Positions 42,082 through 56,454 of a DNA stretch of 64,000 nucleotides are shown here, in pieces; position 1 is the stretch's first letter, and each line of letters starts with the position of its first letter. This DNA comes from Eledone cirrhosa (lineage: Eukaryota). The notes under the pieces are model-generated. The model did no database searches. It was not told the DNA's origin and was given only the letters and a program-made list of their open reading frames with translations. Both the position numbers and the translations under genes were made by a program. The stretch covers positions 16,988,001 through 17,052,000 of the forward strand of contig OZ024755.1 of assembly GCA_964016885.1 (NCBI GenBank), written 5' to 3'.

Positions 42082-42277
42082 CGAAGGAAGTGTGGTAAGG
42101 AACCAGATGGACCATAACGCACCAGAGTACTCAATACTTAGGGTAGTAGCGTGGGTAATAGGAAAATGTTGAAGACCCCGACGTCAGAGCTCAAGCCATT
42201 TCGACGGCTGTTTATGGACTCCAGAAATAGCTGTCGAAACGGCTTGAGCTCTGCCGTCGGGGTCTTCAACATTTTCC
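42081..42277. mobile_element. Hairpin element family A, copy 3
   Basis: Diverged variant with the same layout, in (TA)n. Confidence 0.7.
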
Positions 42278-42596
42278 TATATATATATATGTGTGTGTGT
42301 GTGTGTACATATGCATACTTACATTTATGTATCAGCAGTGCGAGGGCGAGAAATAAAATTCTAATTTTATATATCAAGGACGGTACCCCAGCATGGCCTC
42401 AGCCGGATGGCTGAAACAGGTAAAAGGGTAAAAGAGTAATACTGAAAAAGGGATGATCTGTCACAAATGAGTGAATTGATACTTACATACACACACACAC
42501 AGACACACACCCATATATATGTATGTATGTGTATATATATAGTGAATTGTTACATACATACACATACACACACACCCATATATATATATGTATGTT

Positions 42597-42635
<39 letters not shown>

Positions 42636-42775
42636 ATATATATATATATATATATGGTCTGTAATGCGAAGAATTATGATGGCTAGTAGACCACTGATGA
42701 TGGATAGTCCTGGCTTCTATTTCTAATTCTTTATTATATATATCTTATTTGCAACAACACAGCTTGCCATTTTTC

Positions 42776-42817
<42 letters not shown>

Positions 42818-43032
42818 TATATATATACACACGCCAGACAGTCCTATGCGAGCAAGACAACCACTCTTGCCTCAAGTGGGAAAACTCCCGTCCAAACCCA
42901 TGCAAGCGTGGAAGATGGATGTTAAACGATGATGATGATGATGATGATGACGCATGTATATATGTATATATATATATATATATAAATATGTGTGTGTACG
43001 TATATATACGCACAGACACACACACCCACATG

Positions 43033-43066
<34 letters not shown>

Positions 43067-43067
<1 letters not shown>

Positions 43068-43235
43068 TACCATGACTGGATCTTAACCATCCATCTACTA
43101 TGTCAGGGTATGTCATGCATCATCTTATTTTATCTGATGAGGACGTACTGTTGAAGTTAGCTCAGGACCTCTGAAATATGTATAATAAAATATACTTGAT
43201 CACAAGAAGTTCTTTTTTGTTAATATTTTGAATTA
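43067..43235 (+). mobile_element. Penelope-like pLTR fragment in (TA)n
   Basis: Contains hammerhead; shares upstream TCAGGGTATGTCA with the 19203 element; TA flanks. Confidence 0.6.
43126..43192 (+). ncRNA. Type I hammerhead ribozyme (Penelope-type)
   Basis: Stem I UAUUUUAU/AUAAAAUA (8 WC pairs); CUGAUGA 43134-40; stem II GGA.GU.CUG/CAG.AC.UCU; GAAA; stem III AUAUGUAU. Confidence 0.8.
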
Positions 43236-44512
43236 ATATATATATATATATATATATATATAGAAAGAGAGAATTTAGTATATCTACTAACATATGCGTA
43301 CAGATGTACGCTAATGCTAGCAAATACATAAGTTATGTCATAGTACCTAGGTGGTTCAATGCAGGAGGATGCAGAACAATAATATAAAAGACGTAAAATA
43401 AGAAAATTTTAAAAAAATTAAAAAAATTAACTTACTAAAATTTTCACGTCTTTTATATATATATATATATATATATATCACGCATATATATATATATATA
43501 TATATATCACGCAGTAATACAGGGTACCCGACCTCCCATGGGTACATGCTGAAGCATATAAACAATATGCCCCCACTCCCCCCACCGCAAGGTGGTCGTG
43601 GAGGTGCCACGGCAAAAAAGCACCCAGCCCACACTGTAAAGTGGACGTGTAGGCGCCACGAAAAAGCACCCAGCACTCACTGTAAATGAGGTTGGTGTTA
43701 GGAAGGGCATCCAGCTGTAGAAATCAAGCCAGATCAGTTCCTGTATGAGCAAGGCATGGTCAGCCGACCAGACACTGCCCACAACAGGACAACCCGTCTA
43801 ACCCATGCTAGCGTGGAAGAACGGACGTAAAACGGTGATGATGATGATGATGATGATATATATATATATGTATATATATGTGTATGTATGTATCCCCCGC
43901 CCCCCTCTAATTCATGAATCTAGGTAACAATTCACTCAAACAATTCACTCATTTGAGACAGATCATCTCTTTTTCTTTATATCATTAAACCTTTATCTTA
44001 TATTGTTTCATGTTCACACTTCCTTGCTATAACCAACAGAGCTTAAACAAGCCACAATATTCTCGTGGGCTTTCTCACAAAAGTGGGACATGCCATGTTG
44101 TTATTCATTGGCAGAGAAAGTAATGTGGTTGGCTCTTTTAATGAACTGGGTGTGTGAATGTGTGTGGGTGCAACATTTACAGGTGTGTGAGTTTGTGTGT
44201 GTGAGTTTGTGTATGGGTTTGTGTGTATAGACATTTTTTTTGTTTGTTTTTTTTTTTGTTTTTGTTTGCTGTGACTACATAGGTGTTTGAAAAGTCATAA
44301 CAAGTGAGAGAGAGTTTGTGTGTTGTGAGAGAAGTTGTGTTTTGTTTTGGGAGAGAAAGATATATATATATATATATATATATATTCAAGCAGGATTAAT
44401 ATGAAGGAACAGAAGTTGTGTCTCCTCAGTTGATCTGTCTCATATGGTTGGATTGGTACCTGGATCTATGGATTAGAGGGGGGGATACACACACACGCAC
44501 ACACACACACAC

Positions 44513-44577
<65 letters not shown>

Positions 44578-45041
44578 TATATAAACACATATATGCATAT
44601 ATATATATAAATAAATAAAAAAATATATATATATATATATATATACATATATATATAAACACATATATGCATATATATATATAAATAAATAAATATATAT
44701 ATATGTATATACATATATAAAGTACACACACACATATATGTTTGTGTGTGTATAATGTTGATTGACAATGAATTGGATTTGCTAATTTGTAAGTAAACTT
44801 GTTTGTCATTATTATAATTTTCCCTTTTTTAAAAAAAAATACAAGTAAAAAATTCAACAAAGTTGTAATGATACATATAAATATGTAATGATAGGACTAG
44901 GGCCCTAATTGTTGAAATACTTAACAAACCTCCCTTGTGACGAAACTTCGTAGGAGGCCAAGTAAACCTCCCATAGGTGTGAGCTGTAACAACAATATAT
45001 GTGTGAAGATATGAAGGTTTGTCAGATTTAGTATGTGTGTT

Positions 45042-45113
<72 letters not shown>

Positions 45114-45294
45114 TATTACTGCTGGCTGTTATAGAGTGAGAAAAACATCTCTCTCGCTCTTTCTCTCTCTCTCTCTCACTCTCTGTATGTGTGTGTATAT
45201 ATGTATATATGTATATATAATGAAAAATTGAACAGGGACAGAACAGAGAGGCAGTACGATAAATGTTTATTAAATTCACGCTATATATATATAT

Positions 45295-45540
45295 AGTTTT
45301 AATATAGATGAGATTCTACAGGACTAGAACTGTTTCATTCTTTAGAAATCATCAGGAATCTGGGTATCAAAAAATAAATATGGTGTTTATAGGTCTCTTC
45401 AGGTGGTAGGAGAGGGTAGGGAGTGGGATGGGTGTAGGTCATTGGTTGATAGAAATGAAACAGTTCTAGTCCTGTAGAATCTCATCTATATTAAAACTTT
45501 TATACTCTGCAATGTATTGAGTACCTTACTTACTGTAACG
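45295..45540. mobile_element. Penelope-like fold-back insert in (TA)n
   Basis: Arms ~45296-45338 / 45454-45498, tail with TATTGAGTACCTT, hammerhead on - strand. Confidence 0.6.
45311..45361 (-). ncRNA. Type I hammerhead-like ribozyme with monomeric stem III
   Basis: AGAUUC-CUGAUGA-UUUCUAAAGAAU-GAAA-CAG-UUCUAGUC-CUG-UA-GAAUCU; stem II closing pair is a U.U mismatch. Confidence 0.6.
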
Positions 45541-45571
<31 letters not shown>

Positions 45572-45739
45572 TTATATAATGTCTTCTGTGCCTACAAACT
45601 TGTATATCTGCTGAAATGTCAGTGTAGGGTTAGGGCCCCGATCATTATAATTGAACCCTAAGCTGATTGATATAGAAACAATTGTCATATACAATAAAGT
45701 TTACTTATGGTGCAACAACCGTGACTTCATTCCTGCTTA

Positions 45740-45787
<48 letters not shown>

Positions 45788-46109
45788 CACACATATATAT
45801 AGGGAATGTAGGTTACTGTAGGTTCACCAGAGGGAGCACACGATGCGTAGTTTCTAGTAAGTATAGAGGTGTAGTACTAAGCAGAACGTTATAATAACAA
45901 TAATACATTTTATTATTATTATCGGTAGAGGGTCGGACGCCATGCATTGCAGCAAAGAGTTACGGCCCTTTATGGTCTGAGTTCAAATCCCGCCGAGGCT
46001 AACTTTGCCTTTCATCCTTACGGGGGTCGATAAAATAAAGTACCAGTAATGCACTGGGTAATTGCTGGCCTTGTGCCAAAAATAGAAACAATTATTATTA
46101 TATACATAT

Positions 46110-46195
46110 ATAGCTGAGTTGGTAGAGCGGAGCACTGTAGTGGTCAATAAACAACTGTTATCCTTAGGTCGATGGTTCGAATCCGTCTCGCGACA
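46110..46195 (+). pseudogene. tRNA-Tyr(GUA) pseudogene retaining a 19-nt intron; 5' acceptor strand lost
   Basis: TAGCTGAGTTGGTAGAGCGGAGCACTGTAG-[46141-46159]-ATCCTTAGGTCGATGGTTCGAATCCG; T-run at ~46204-46215. Confidence 0.85.
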
Positions 46196-47499
46196 TTTCG
46201 TTGTTTTTTTTTTTTCGTCTAACCCATGCTAGCTTGGAAGATAGACGTTAAACGAGGAGGATGATGATGATATAAATGTTTTCATGTCTGCTCTTCCATG
46301 CTGCCATGGTCGGATGGAACATTTTGAAGCAGTGTCTTATGGCCTTTCCTCCCTAGTACTAACCCTTATAGTTGTCTTTTGTAGAAACCCAATTAGGTTA
46401 TTATTCACTATGTATTATTATGTGGAGGTATGTGGCTTAATGGTAAGGGTTTTGGACTTACAATCATTTGTGTGTTGTGTTCTTGAGCAAAACATTTTAT
46501 TTCATGTTGTTCTAGTATACTCAGCTAAAAATGCATATCAGTATGAGTGACTAGTTACAGGCAGTTTGAACAGATAGAGTTGGGAGAATTCTGGCCAGAT
46601 TTGGCTAGTTTAAATGCTAAAGGGTTCACCCTTTAGTATTTAAACCAGCTGTTATCTGGCCAGAATTATTTCCTTTTTTTAAAACCGGCCCTAATCAGCA
46701 GCTCACACCAATGCTACGATATCCTTCTTAAAATAAATATCATCATCATCATCAAAATCTCGTAGACTCGATATTATGAGAGACAAAGCCTTTACCATGA
46801 ATATACAATAGAAAATATAGAGTAATGTAAATGCTAAAGGGTTAAGGCTAAATTCTGTGGCTAAATTTTCTTCCTGATGCCAACTCTCATTTGATTTTAG
46901 TTTGTTTTTAAAGTAAAGTTTGGATGGTCGCATGTCAAACTGCTGAACAGTGGAAGTAAGCAGATATCACTGTTTCTGCTGTCAAATGTGAAGTGAGGAG
47001 AAGAAGTAAACAAACATATATATGTCTGCATGCATGTACACACACACACACATGCATGCACATATGTGCACATACACAAACTTACAAGCTCATATACATA
47101 TGTTTCATGCACACACACACATGCAAATACACACACAAGCACATACACACACATGTACATACACACACACATGCAAATACAAACATGCACATATGTACAC
47201 ATGCACATACATACACACATGCGCATATACACACACACGCACACACACACAGGTACATACACACGCACACATGCACACAATTACATGTGCATACACACAA
47301 GCACACACACACATGCTCACAATGACATGACAACCTCCAAAGCTTTTATGATCTACACAATAAAAGCACCCATTACACGCTGCAAAGTGGTTGGTGATAA
47401 GAAAGGCATCCAGCTGTAGAAAACCATGCCAAACAAGGGGTTAGGAGAACCCTTCGATTGTGTGAAAGGCATGACGACCTCCCTAGTGCTGCTGTCACA

Positions 47500-48015
47500 A
47501 TATTAATCCCGGTTCATATTAACCCTGGTTCATATTAACCCTGGTTCATATTAACCTGGTTCATATTAACCCTGGTTCATATTAACCCTGGTACATAGTA
47601 ACTCTGGTACATATTAACCCAGGTACATATTGACCATGGTACATATTAACCCTGGTACATATTAACCCTGGTACATATTAACCCTGGTACATATTAACCC
47701 TGGTACATATTAACCCTGGTTCATATTAACCCTGGTTCATATTAACCCTGGTTCATATTAACCCTGGTTCATATTAAACCCTGGTTCATATTAACCCTGG
47801 TACATATGTCAGCCTATTATTAACCCGTTACAGACTGAGTTCAAATCCCGCCGAGGTTAACTTTGCCTTTCATCCTTACAGGGTCGATAAAATAAAGTAC
47901 CAGTAATACACTGGGGTAATTGCTGGCCTTGTGCCAAAAAGTAGAAACAATTATTAACCCTGTTACTTATTAACCCTGTTACTTATTAACCCTGTTGCTT
48001 ATTAACCCTGGTACA
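47500..48015. repeat. 16-bp minisatellite interrupted by a SINE
   Basis: ATATTAACCCTGGTWC tandem; resumes after ~47953. Confidence 0.9.
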
Positions 48016-48832
48016 TTTGTCAGCCTGTTACTTATTTAATCGAACTCTCTTTGTTGGACTACTAAAGAGAAATGACAGTAAGAAAGTCAGTATTTTCAGA
48101 GAGATTTGTAAAGGTTCACAAACCATATAAAATAGAAAAATACGGGGGTGGTATTGATTTATCACGTAACACCTCCCATTCCAATTATGTTGTCTTTCTT
48201 TTTCATCTTTCTGAATACATGAAAGACAAGCCATATATCACCATAGAAACTGTATTAAGATGTAACAGCTGAGCTTTCCACCTCCTTTAGAATTTAAACC
48301 GGCTGTATCCAACCAGAATTCTCTCGCCTCTTTCTTTTCAAACCGGCTGTAACTGGCCACTCATATTGATGTTAATGTATTGTTCTCAATGAAAATATAG
48401 ACTTAACACTTTAGCATTTAAACCAGCTGTATCCAAACAGAATTCTCTCACCTCTTTCTGTTCAAACCAGCCATAACTTGCCACTCATATTGATGTTAAT
48501 GTATAGTTCTCAAAATAAATAATATAAAAATCTCATAGATTCGATATTCTGTGGGATAATTATGTAAGATAAAACCTTTATCACAAAAATACAATAATAA
48601 ATATAGATTAATGTAAATGCTAAAGGGTTATATATTTGTTGTAGTTTAATTTATTATCATCCCTGATTTAACAGACCTGTATTTAGATGAGTTCCAATCT
48701 TAGCTATCCTGCCTTTTCATGAATTTAAGAATTTTTTTTTCTTTATCAAGAATGAGCTATATAATAATGTTTGGAAAGCTGTTACAATGTAAATAAAAAA
48801 TATAATGGAAGTCTACCATTATTTTTCCTATT

Positions 48833-49023
48833 GGTGGTGGATTGGCAGTATCGGTAGAGGGTCAGACGCCATGTTTTGCAGCATAGAGTTACGGCCCTTT
48901 ACGGTCTGAGTTAAAATCCTGCCGATGTTAACTTTGCCTTTCATCCTTACAGGGTCGATAAAATAAAGTACCAGCAATGCACTGGGGTAATTGCTGGCCT
49001 TGTGTCAAAAGTAGAAACAATTA
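48833..49023 (+). mobile_element. tRNA-derived SINE, representative (others ~7677-7850, 13325-13510(-), 26145-26325, 30555-30790(-), 32525-32705, 33620-33750, 45922-46098, 47830-47953, 49884-50063, 56010-56190)
   Basis: A/B boxes plus conserved GCCTTTCATCCTTACGGGGTCGATAAAATAAAGTACCAG block. Confidence 0.85.
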
Positions 49024-49274
49024 TTTTTCCTATTCACAAACATGATTGGTGTTAGGAAGAGCATCCAGCTGAGCTTTCCACCTAAAGTTGTCAATGAAGA
49101 TATAGACTTAACCCTTTAGAATTTAAACCGGCTGTATCCAACCAGAATTCTCTCACCTCTTTCTGTTCAAACCGGCTGTAACTGGCCACTCATATTGATG
49201 TTAATGTATTGTGCTCAATGAAAATATAGACTTAACACTTTAGCATTTAAACAATTTAAGCAGTGAAGTAACTC

Positions 49275-49630
49275 TGTAGGTGTCTTAGCCCCTTCTACTG
49301 TGACACCAGAGTTACTAGGGACCACTCATTGATGTAGGTGTTTTTGCCCCTTCTACTGTGACACCAGAGTTACTAGGGACCACTCATTGATGTAGGTGTT
49401 TTTGCCCCTTCTACTGTGACACCAGAGTTACTAGGGACCACTCATTGATGTAGGTGTTTTTGCCCCTTCTACTGTGACACCAGAGTTACTAGGGACCACT
49501 CATTGATGTAGGTGTTTTTGCCCCTTCTACTGTGACACCAGAGTTACTAGGGACCACTCATTGATGTAGGTGTTTTTGCCCCTTCTACTGTGACACCAGA
49601 GGTACTAGGGACCACTCACTGATGTAGGTG
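49275..49630. repeat. 58-bp minisatellite, 6 copies
   Basis: Period 58 (49331, 49389, 49447...). Confidence 0.95.
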
Positions 49631-50075
49631 ATTAAGATCTTGCACAACAGCAATTCAAGCAACTACATAATTTAATCAACCTAAGTAGTGATTGTTGTTT
49701 AGTTCCCAAATCAGCCTTGATCAAGCAGACTTATAATCAAAGGCATTCCAACAAAGATCGCTGTGTCTTTGTTCTATATGCAGGGGACCAAAAACTAAAC
49801 TTATCTAATGGTCATGTTTGTACCAGCCATGTATGAGAAAAAGGTCAAGGGATGGCAATTCACAAAACCGTAATGTGGCCATTTGGCAGTATCGGTAGAG
49901 GGTCGGACACCATGCTTTGATGCATAGAGTTACGGACCTTGCCATTCTGAGTTCAAATCCAGCCGAGGTTAACTTTGCCTTTCATCCTTACAGGGTTGAT
50001 AAAATAAAGTACCAGTAATGCACTGGAGTAATTGCTGGTCTTGTGCCAAAAGTAGAAACAATTATATACACACAT

Positions 50076-50710
50076 AGGGGGAGAAATTAGGAATAAGAGG
50101 GATCAGATGTTGTTAACTCGAGAGAAGACTACGTTGGTATGGTCACGTGATGCGCATAAAAGACGACAGTTGTATAAAAATAGACGGTAGCTACGGAGTA
50201 GGCAGACCCAGAAAAACCTGGGACGACTTGATAAATTCCGACCTCACACACTTACACCTCTCCAAGACAATGTCACTGGACCGAGATCTTTGGCGCTACA
50301 CAGTAATACAGAAGACCCGCCTTGCCTAAGTACAAAGCGAAACCTACAGTCAGTAGGCACCTCTTAATAAAAATACACCCCTGTCCCACTACCCCCACCC
50401 CATCCACACCACCCCTTTCGATGTAAAGTTATGTTGGTACCACAACATCCAGTCCGAAATAAATGAGGTCGCGTAGGCGTCACAACAAAAAACACACAGT
50501 CCATGCTGTAATGTGGCCGTGTAGGTAACACGGTAAAAACCTCCCAGTCCACACTGTAAATGTGGTTGGTGTTAGGAAGGGCATCCAGCCGTAGAAAACC
50601 CGCCATACAGTCCTATACGAGCAAGACAACCAATCTTGCCTCAAGTGGGAAAATTCCCGTCTCAACCCATGCAAGCGTGGAAAATGGACGTTAAACGATG
50701 ATGATGATGA
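50076..50710 (+). mobile_element. Second, shorter RTE LINE 3' fragment
   Basis: Homologous to ~20805-21460, with a stop and a deletion; (GAT)n tail. Confidence 0.85.
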
Positions 50711-51174
50711 CATATATAGTTCTGATCTGGTGATTGGAGTAGTCTACATATATGCATCTTTGACAAAAATTTTGGATTTTCTGACAGTAAACAAGAACAT
50801 GTGTTTGTAAAGTCAAATAAATTTTCTCCAATGTTTTCAGTTAAACACATGCAATTGTCTTTGTGTTTGACATGTATGAAAGTATTGTACTTTATGGGAA
50901 ATATAAAATCTCTGATCAAATTGGTCCAATAGCTATTATATTGTCATGTTAATATATTTGAACTTGTAACTTGTATTACATACATACATACATACATTCT
51001 AGCACCATAAATACACATTCATTCTAGCACCATATATATTCTCTGTCTCTCACGCATACATACAGTCTTTATTTCTCACACATACATATATACGGCCACC
51101 ATACACAAGCTCACTCATATATATATATATTCATTACAGTCTTTATCTCTCATACATACATGCATACATATGCA

Positions 51175-54100
51175 CTCTCACACCATAATACACACCATAC
51201 ATACACAGTCTCTCTCACACCATACATACACAGTCTCTCTCACACCATAATACACAGTCTCTCTCACACCACACATACACAGTCTCTCTCACACCATAAT
51301 ACACAGTCTCTCTCACACCACACATACACAGTCTCTCTCACACCACACATACACAGTCTCTCTCACACGATAATACACAGTCTCTCTCACACCATAATAC
51401 ACAGTCTCTCTCACACCATACATACACAGTCTCTCTCACACCACACATACACAGTCTCTCTCACACCATAACACACAGTCTCTCTCACACGATAATACAC
51501 AGTCTCTCTCACACCACACATACACAGTCTCTCTCACACCACACATACACAGTCTCTCTCACACCACACATACACAGTCTCTCTCACACCACACATACAC
51601 AGTCTCTCTCACACCATAATACACAGTCTCTCTCACACCACACATACACAGTCTCTCTCACACCACACATACACAGTCTCTCTCACACCACACATACACA
51701 GTCTCTCTCACACCACACATACACAGTCTCTCTCACACCATAACACACAGTCTCTCTCACACCTCACATACACAGTCTCTCTCACACCATAATACAGTCT
51801 CTCTCACACCATAATACAGTCTCTCTCACACCATAACACACAGTCTCTCTCACACCATAATACACAGTCTCTCTCACACCATAATACACAGTCTCTCTCA
51901 CACCATAATACACAGTCTCTCTCACACCATAATACACAGTCTCTCTCACACCATAATACACAGTCTCTCTCACACCATAATACAGTCTCTCTCACACCAT
52001 AACACACAGTCTCTCTCACACCATAATACACAGTCTCTCTCACACCATAATACAGTCTCTCTCACACCATAATACACAGTCTCTCTCACACCATAATACA
52101 CAGTCTCTCTCACACCATAATACAGAGTCTCTCTCACACCATAATACACAGTCTCTCTCACACCATACATACACAGTCTCTCTCACACCATAATACACAG
52201 TCTCTCTCACACCATAATACACAGTCTCTCTCACACCATACATACACAGTCTCTCTCACACCATAACACACAGTCTCTCTCACACCATAATACACAGTCT
52301 CTCTCACATCATAATACACAGTCTCTCTCACACCATAACACACAGTCTCTCTCACACCATATATACACAGTCTCTCTCACACCACACATACACAGTCTCT
52401 CTCACACCATAACACACAGTCTCTCTCACACCATAACACACAGTCTCTCTCACACGATAATACACAGTCTCTCTCACACCATACATACACAGTCTCTCTC
52501 ACACCACACATACACAGTCTCTCTCACACCATAATACACAGTCTCTCTCACACCACACATACACAGTCTCTCTCACACCACACATACACAGTCTCTCTCT
52601 CACCATAACACACAGTCTCTCTCACACCATAATACACAGTCTCTCTCACACCATATATACACAGTCTCTCTCACACCATATATACACAGTCTCTCTCACA
52701 CCATACATACACAGTCTCTCTCACACCATACATACACAGTCTCTCTCACACCATACATACACAGTCTCTCTCACACCACACATACACAGTCTCTCTCACA
52801 CCATACATACACAGTCTCTCTCACACCATACATACACAGTCTCTCTCACACCATAACACACAGTCTCTCTCACACCATAATACACAGTCTCTCTCACATC
52901 ATAATACACAGTCTCTCTCACACCATAACACACAGTCTCTCTCACACCATATATACACAGTCTCTCTCACACCATAACACACAGTCTCTCTCACACCACA
53001 CATACACAGTCTCTCTCACACCATACATACACAGTCTCTCTCACGCCATACATACACAGTCTCTCTCACACCATACATACACAGTCTCTCTCACACCATA
53101 CATACACAGTCTCTCTCACACCATATATACACAGTCTCTCTCACACCACACATACACAGTCTCTCTCACACCATAACACACAGTCTCTCTCACACCATAC
53201 ATACACAGTCTCTCTCACACCATAATACACAGTCTCTCTCACATCATAATACACAGTCTCTCTCACACCATAACACACAGTCTCTCTCACACCACACATA
53301 CACAGTCTCTCTCACACCACACATACACAGTCTCTCTCACACCACACATACACAGTCTCTCTCACACCATAACACACAGTCTCTCTCACACCACACATAC
53401 ACAGTCTCTCTCACACCACACATACACAGTCTCTCTCACACCATAACACACAGTCTCTCTCACACCACACATAGTCTCTCTCACACCACACATACACATT
53501 CTCTCTCACACCATACATACACAGTCTCTCTCACACCATACATACACAGTCTCTCTCACACCATATATACACAGTCTCTCTCACACCACACATACACAGT
53601 CTCTCTCACACCATAACACACAGTCTCTCTCACACGATAATACACAGTCTCTCTCACACCATAATACACAGTCTCTCTCACATCATAATACACAGTCTCT
53701 CTCACACCATACATACACAGTCTCTCTCACACCACACATACACAGTCTCTCTCACACCATACATACACAGTCTCTCTCACACCACACCTACACAGTCTCT
53801 CTCACACCACACATACACAGTCTCTCTCACATCATAATACACAGTCTCTCTCACACCATACATACACAGTCTCTCTCACACCACACATACACAGTCTCTC
53901 TCACACCACACATACACAGTCTCTCTCACATCATAATACACAGTCTCTCTCTCACACCACACATGCACAGTCTCTCTCACACCACACATACACAGTCTCT
54001 CTCACATCATAATACACAGTCTCTCTCACACCACACATGCACAGTCTCTCTCACACCATATATACACAGTCTCTCTCACATCATAATACACAGTCTCTCT

Positions 54101-55095
54101 CACACCACACATGCACAGTCTCTCTCACACCACACATACACAGTCTCTCTCACATCATAATACACAGTCTCTCTCACACCACACATGCACAGTCTCTCTC
54201 ACACCACACATACACAGTCTCTCTCACATCATAATACACAGTCTCTCTCACACCACACATACACAGTCTCTCTCACATCATAATACACAGTCTCTCTCTC
54301 ACACCACACATGCACAGTCTCTCTCACACCACACATACACAGTCTCTCTCACACCACACATGCACAGTCTCTCTCACACCACACATGCACAGTCTCTCTC
54401 ACACCACACATACACAGTCTCTCTCACACCATACATACACAGTCTCTCTCACACCACACATACACAGTCTCTCTCTCACCATAACACACAGTCTCTCTCA
54501 CACCATACATACACAGTCTCTCTCACACCACACATACACAGTCTCTCTCACACCACACATACACAGTCTCTCTCACACCATAACACACAGTCTCTCTCAC
54601 ACCACACATACACAGTCTCTCTCACACCACACATACACAGTCTCTCTCACACCACACATACACAGTCTCTCTCACACCACACATACACAGTCTCTCTCAC
54701 ACCATAATACACAGTCTCTCTCACACCATATATACACAGTCTCTCTCACACCACACATACACAGTCTCTCTCACACCATAACACACAGTCTCTCTCACAC
54801 CACACATACACAGTCTCTCTCACACCATACATACACAGTCTCTCTCACACCACACATACACAGTCTCTCTCACACCATACATACACAGTCTCTCTCACAC
54901 CACACATACACAGTCTCTCTCACACCATAATACACAGTCTCTCTCACACCATAATACACAGTCTCTCTCACACCACACATACACAGTCTCTCTCACACCA
55001 TAACACACAGTCTCTCTCACACCACACATACACAGTCTCTCTCACACCACACATACACAGTCTCTCTCACACCATAACACACAGTCTCTCTCACA
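51175..55095. repeat. 24/25-bp minisatellite, ~3.9 kb
   Basis: ACACAGTCTCTCTCACACCAYA(C)AT tandem. Confidence 0.97.
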
Positions 55096-56454
55096 AACGT
55101 ACACATTCTTTATCTCTCACACAGATTCTCTCTTCACACATTCATACACATTCTCTTTCTCTCTCTCACGCATTCTCTCTCTTTCTCTCTCATACTCTCT
55201 GTCTCTCTCATACACTCTCTCTTTCTCTCTCATACTCTCTGTCTCTCTCATACACTCTCTATTTGTCTCTCATACACTCTCTCTTTCTCTCTCTCACACA
55301 CTCTCTCTTTTTCTCTCTCACACACTCTCTCTTTTTCTCTCTTATACACACTCTCTCTCCTCACTCATGAACCTCTGTTGATTGATTGTTCAATGGGACA
55401 GCCAGCCCATGAAATTAACGTGCAAGTGGCTGAGCATTCCACTAACAAATATACCCTTAATGTATTCCTTAAGGAGATTCATTATGGCACATGTGTAATG
55501 ACTTAGACTCGTTGATTTACAGGTATAGCCTATCTGATGGGCTTACAAGCAGTTTCTATCTACTCAGTTTCTGTCACAAGGCTGGGTCAACCCACTTGCT
55601 CAAGATGTTACTGGGGATTGAACCAGAGACCTAATATTTGGAAAGTGAACTAACTCCTTAACAATTGTCCTTCTCACATACATAGTCTTTTTCTCTCACA
55701 TACATATATAAATACATAGTTGTTCTCTCTCATATACATACACTCTCTCTTTCACATACATATGGTCTCTCTCTCTCACAAACATATATACAGTCTCTCT
55801 CTCTCGCCAACACTACACCTGATATCCCCCCCCCTCCATAGACACACACACACACACACATGCATATCATGGCTCATACACTGTTCACTTTCCTGACATT
55901 TGTACATTATTCTATGTGCTCTACATGCACCTTTGATGAATTGTAGTGCACCTGAGCACTGTACACAATAATTTAATTATTCTTATTCTTTGAGTCTGTC
56001 ATTGATGTTGGATTGGCAGTATCGGTAGAGAGTCGGACGCCATGCTTTACAGCATAGTTACGTCCCTTTACGATCTGAGTTCAAATCCCGCCGAGGTTGA
56101 CTTTGCCTTTCATCCTTACGGGGTCGATAAAATAAAGTACCAGTAATCCACTGGGTAATTGCTGGCCTTGTGCCTAAAGTAGAAACAGTTAAATTAACTG
56201 GAAAGTTTGTTCAAATGAACATGAAGCTGTTACCTGCTGCCTCAGATATTCAGGACGTATTGGAGGGTTCTTGTTGTTCCCAGCAAGCATGCCTTTTGAA
56301 GTGTTCCAAAAAACGGGGCTGGATAAATCTTCTTTAACCATCCTTGAAAACTCTTTGAGATAGTACCTATTACTCCTATGACAATCAGGATGACCTTGAT
56401 CTCATGACAGTCCCAAATCCTTTTTAACTCCCACTTTAAATCCTGGTATTGGAG

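Noticed and set aside
44927-44956. CCTCC-CTTGTGA-CGAAACTTCGTA-GGAGG mini-hammerhead look-alike
   Set aside because: Core is not CUGANGA and stem II is absent
46110-46195. Functional tRNA-Tyr gene
   Set aside because: 5' acceptor strand replaced by TA repeat; mismatches in D, anticodon and T stems
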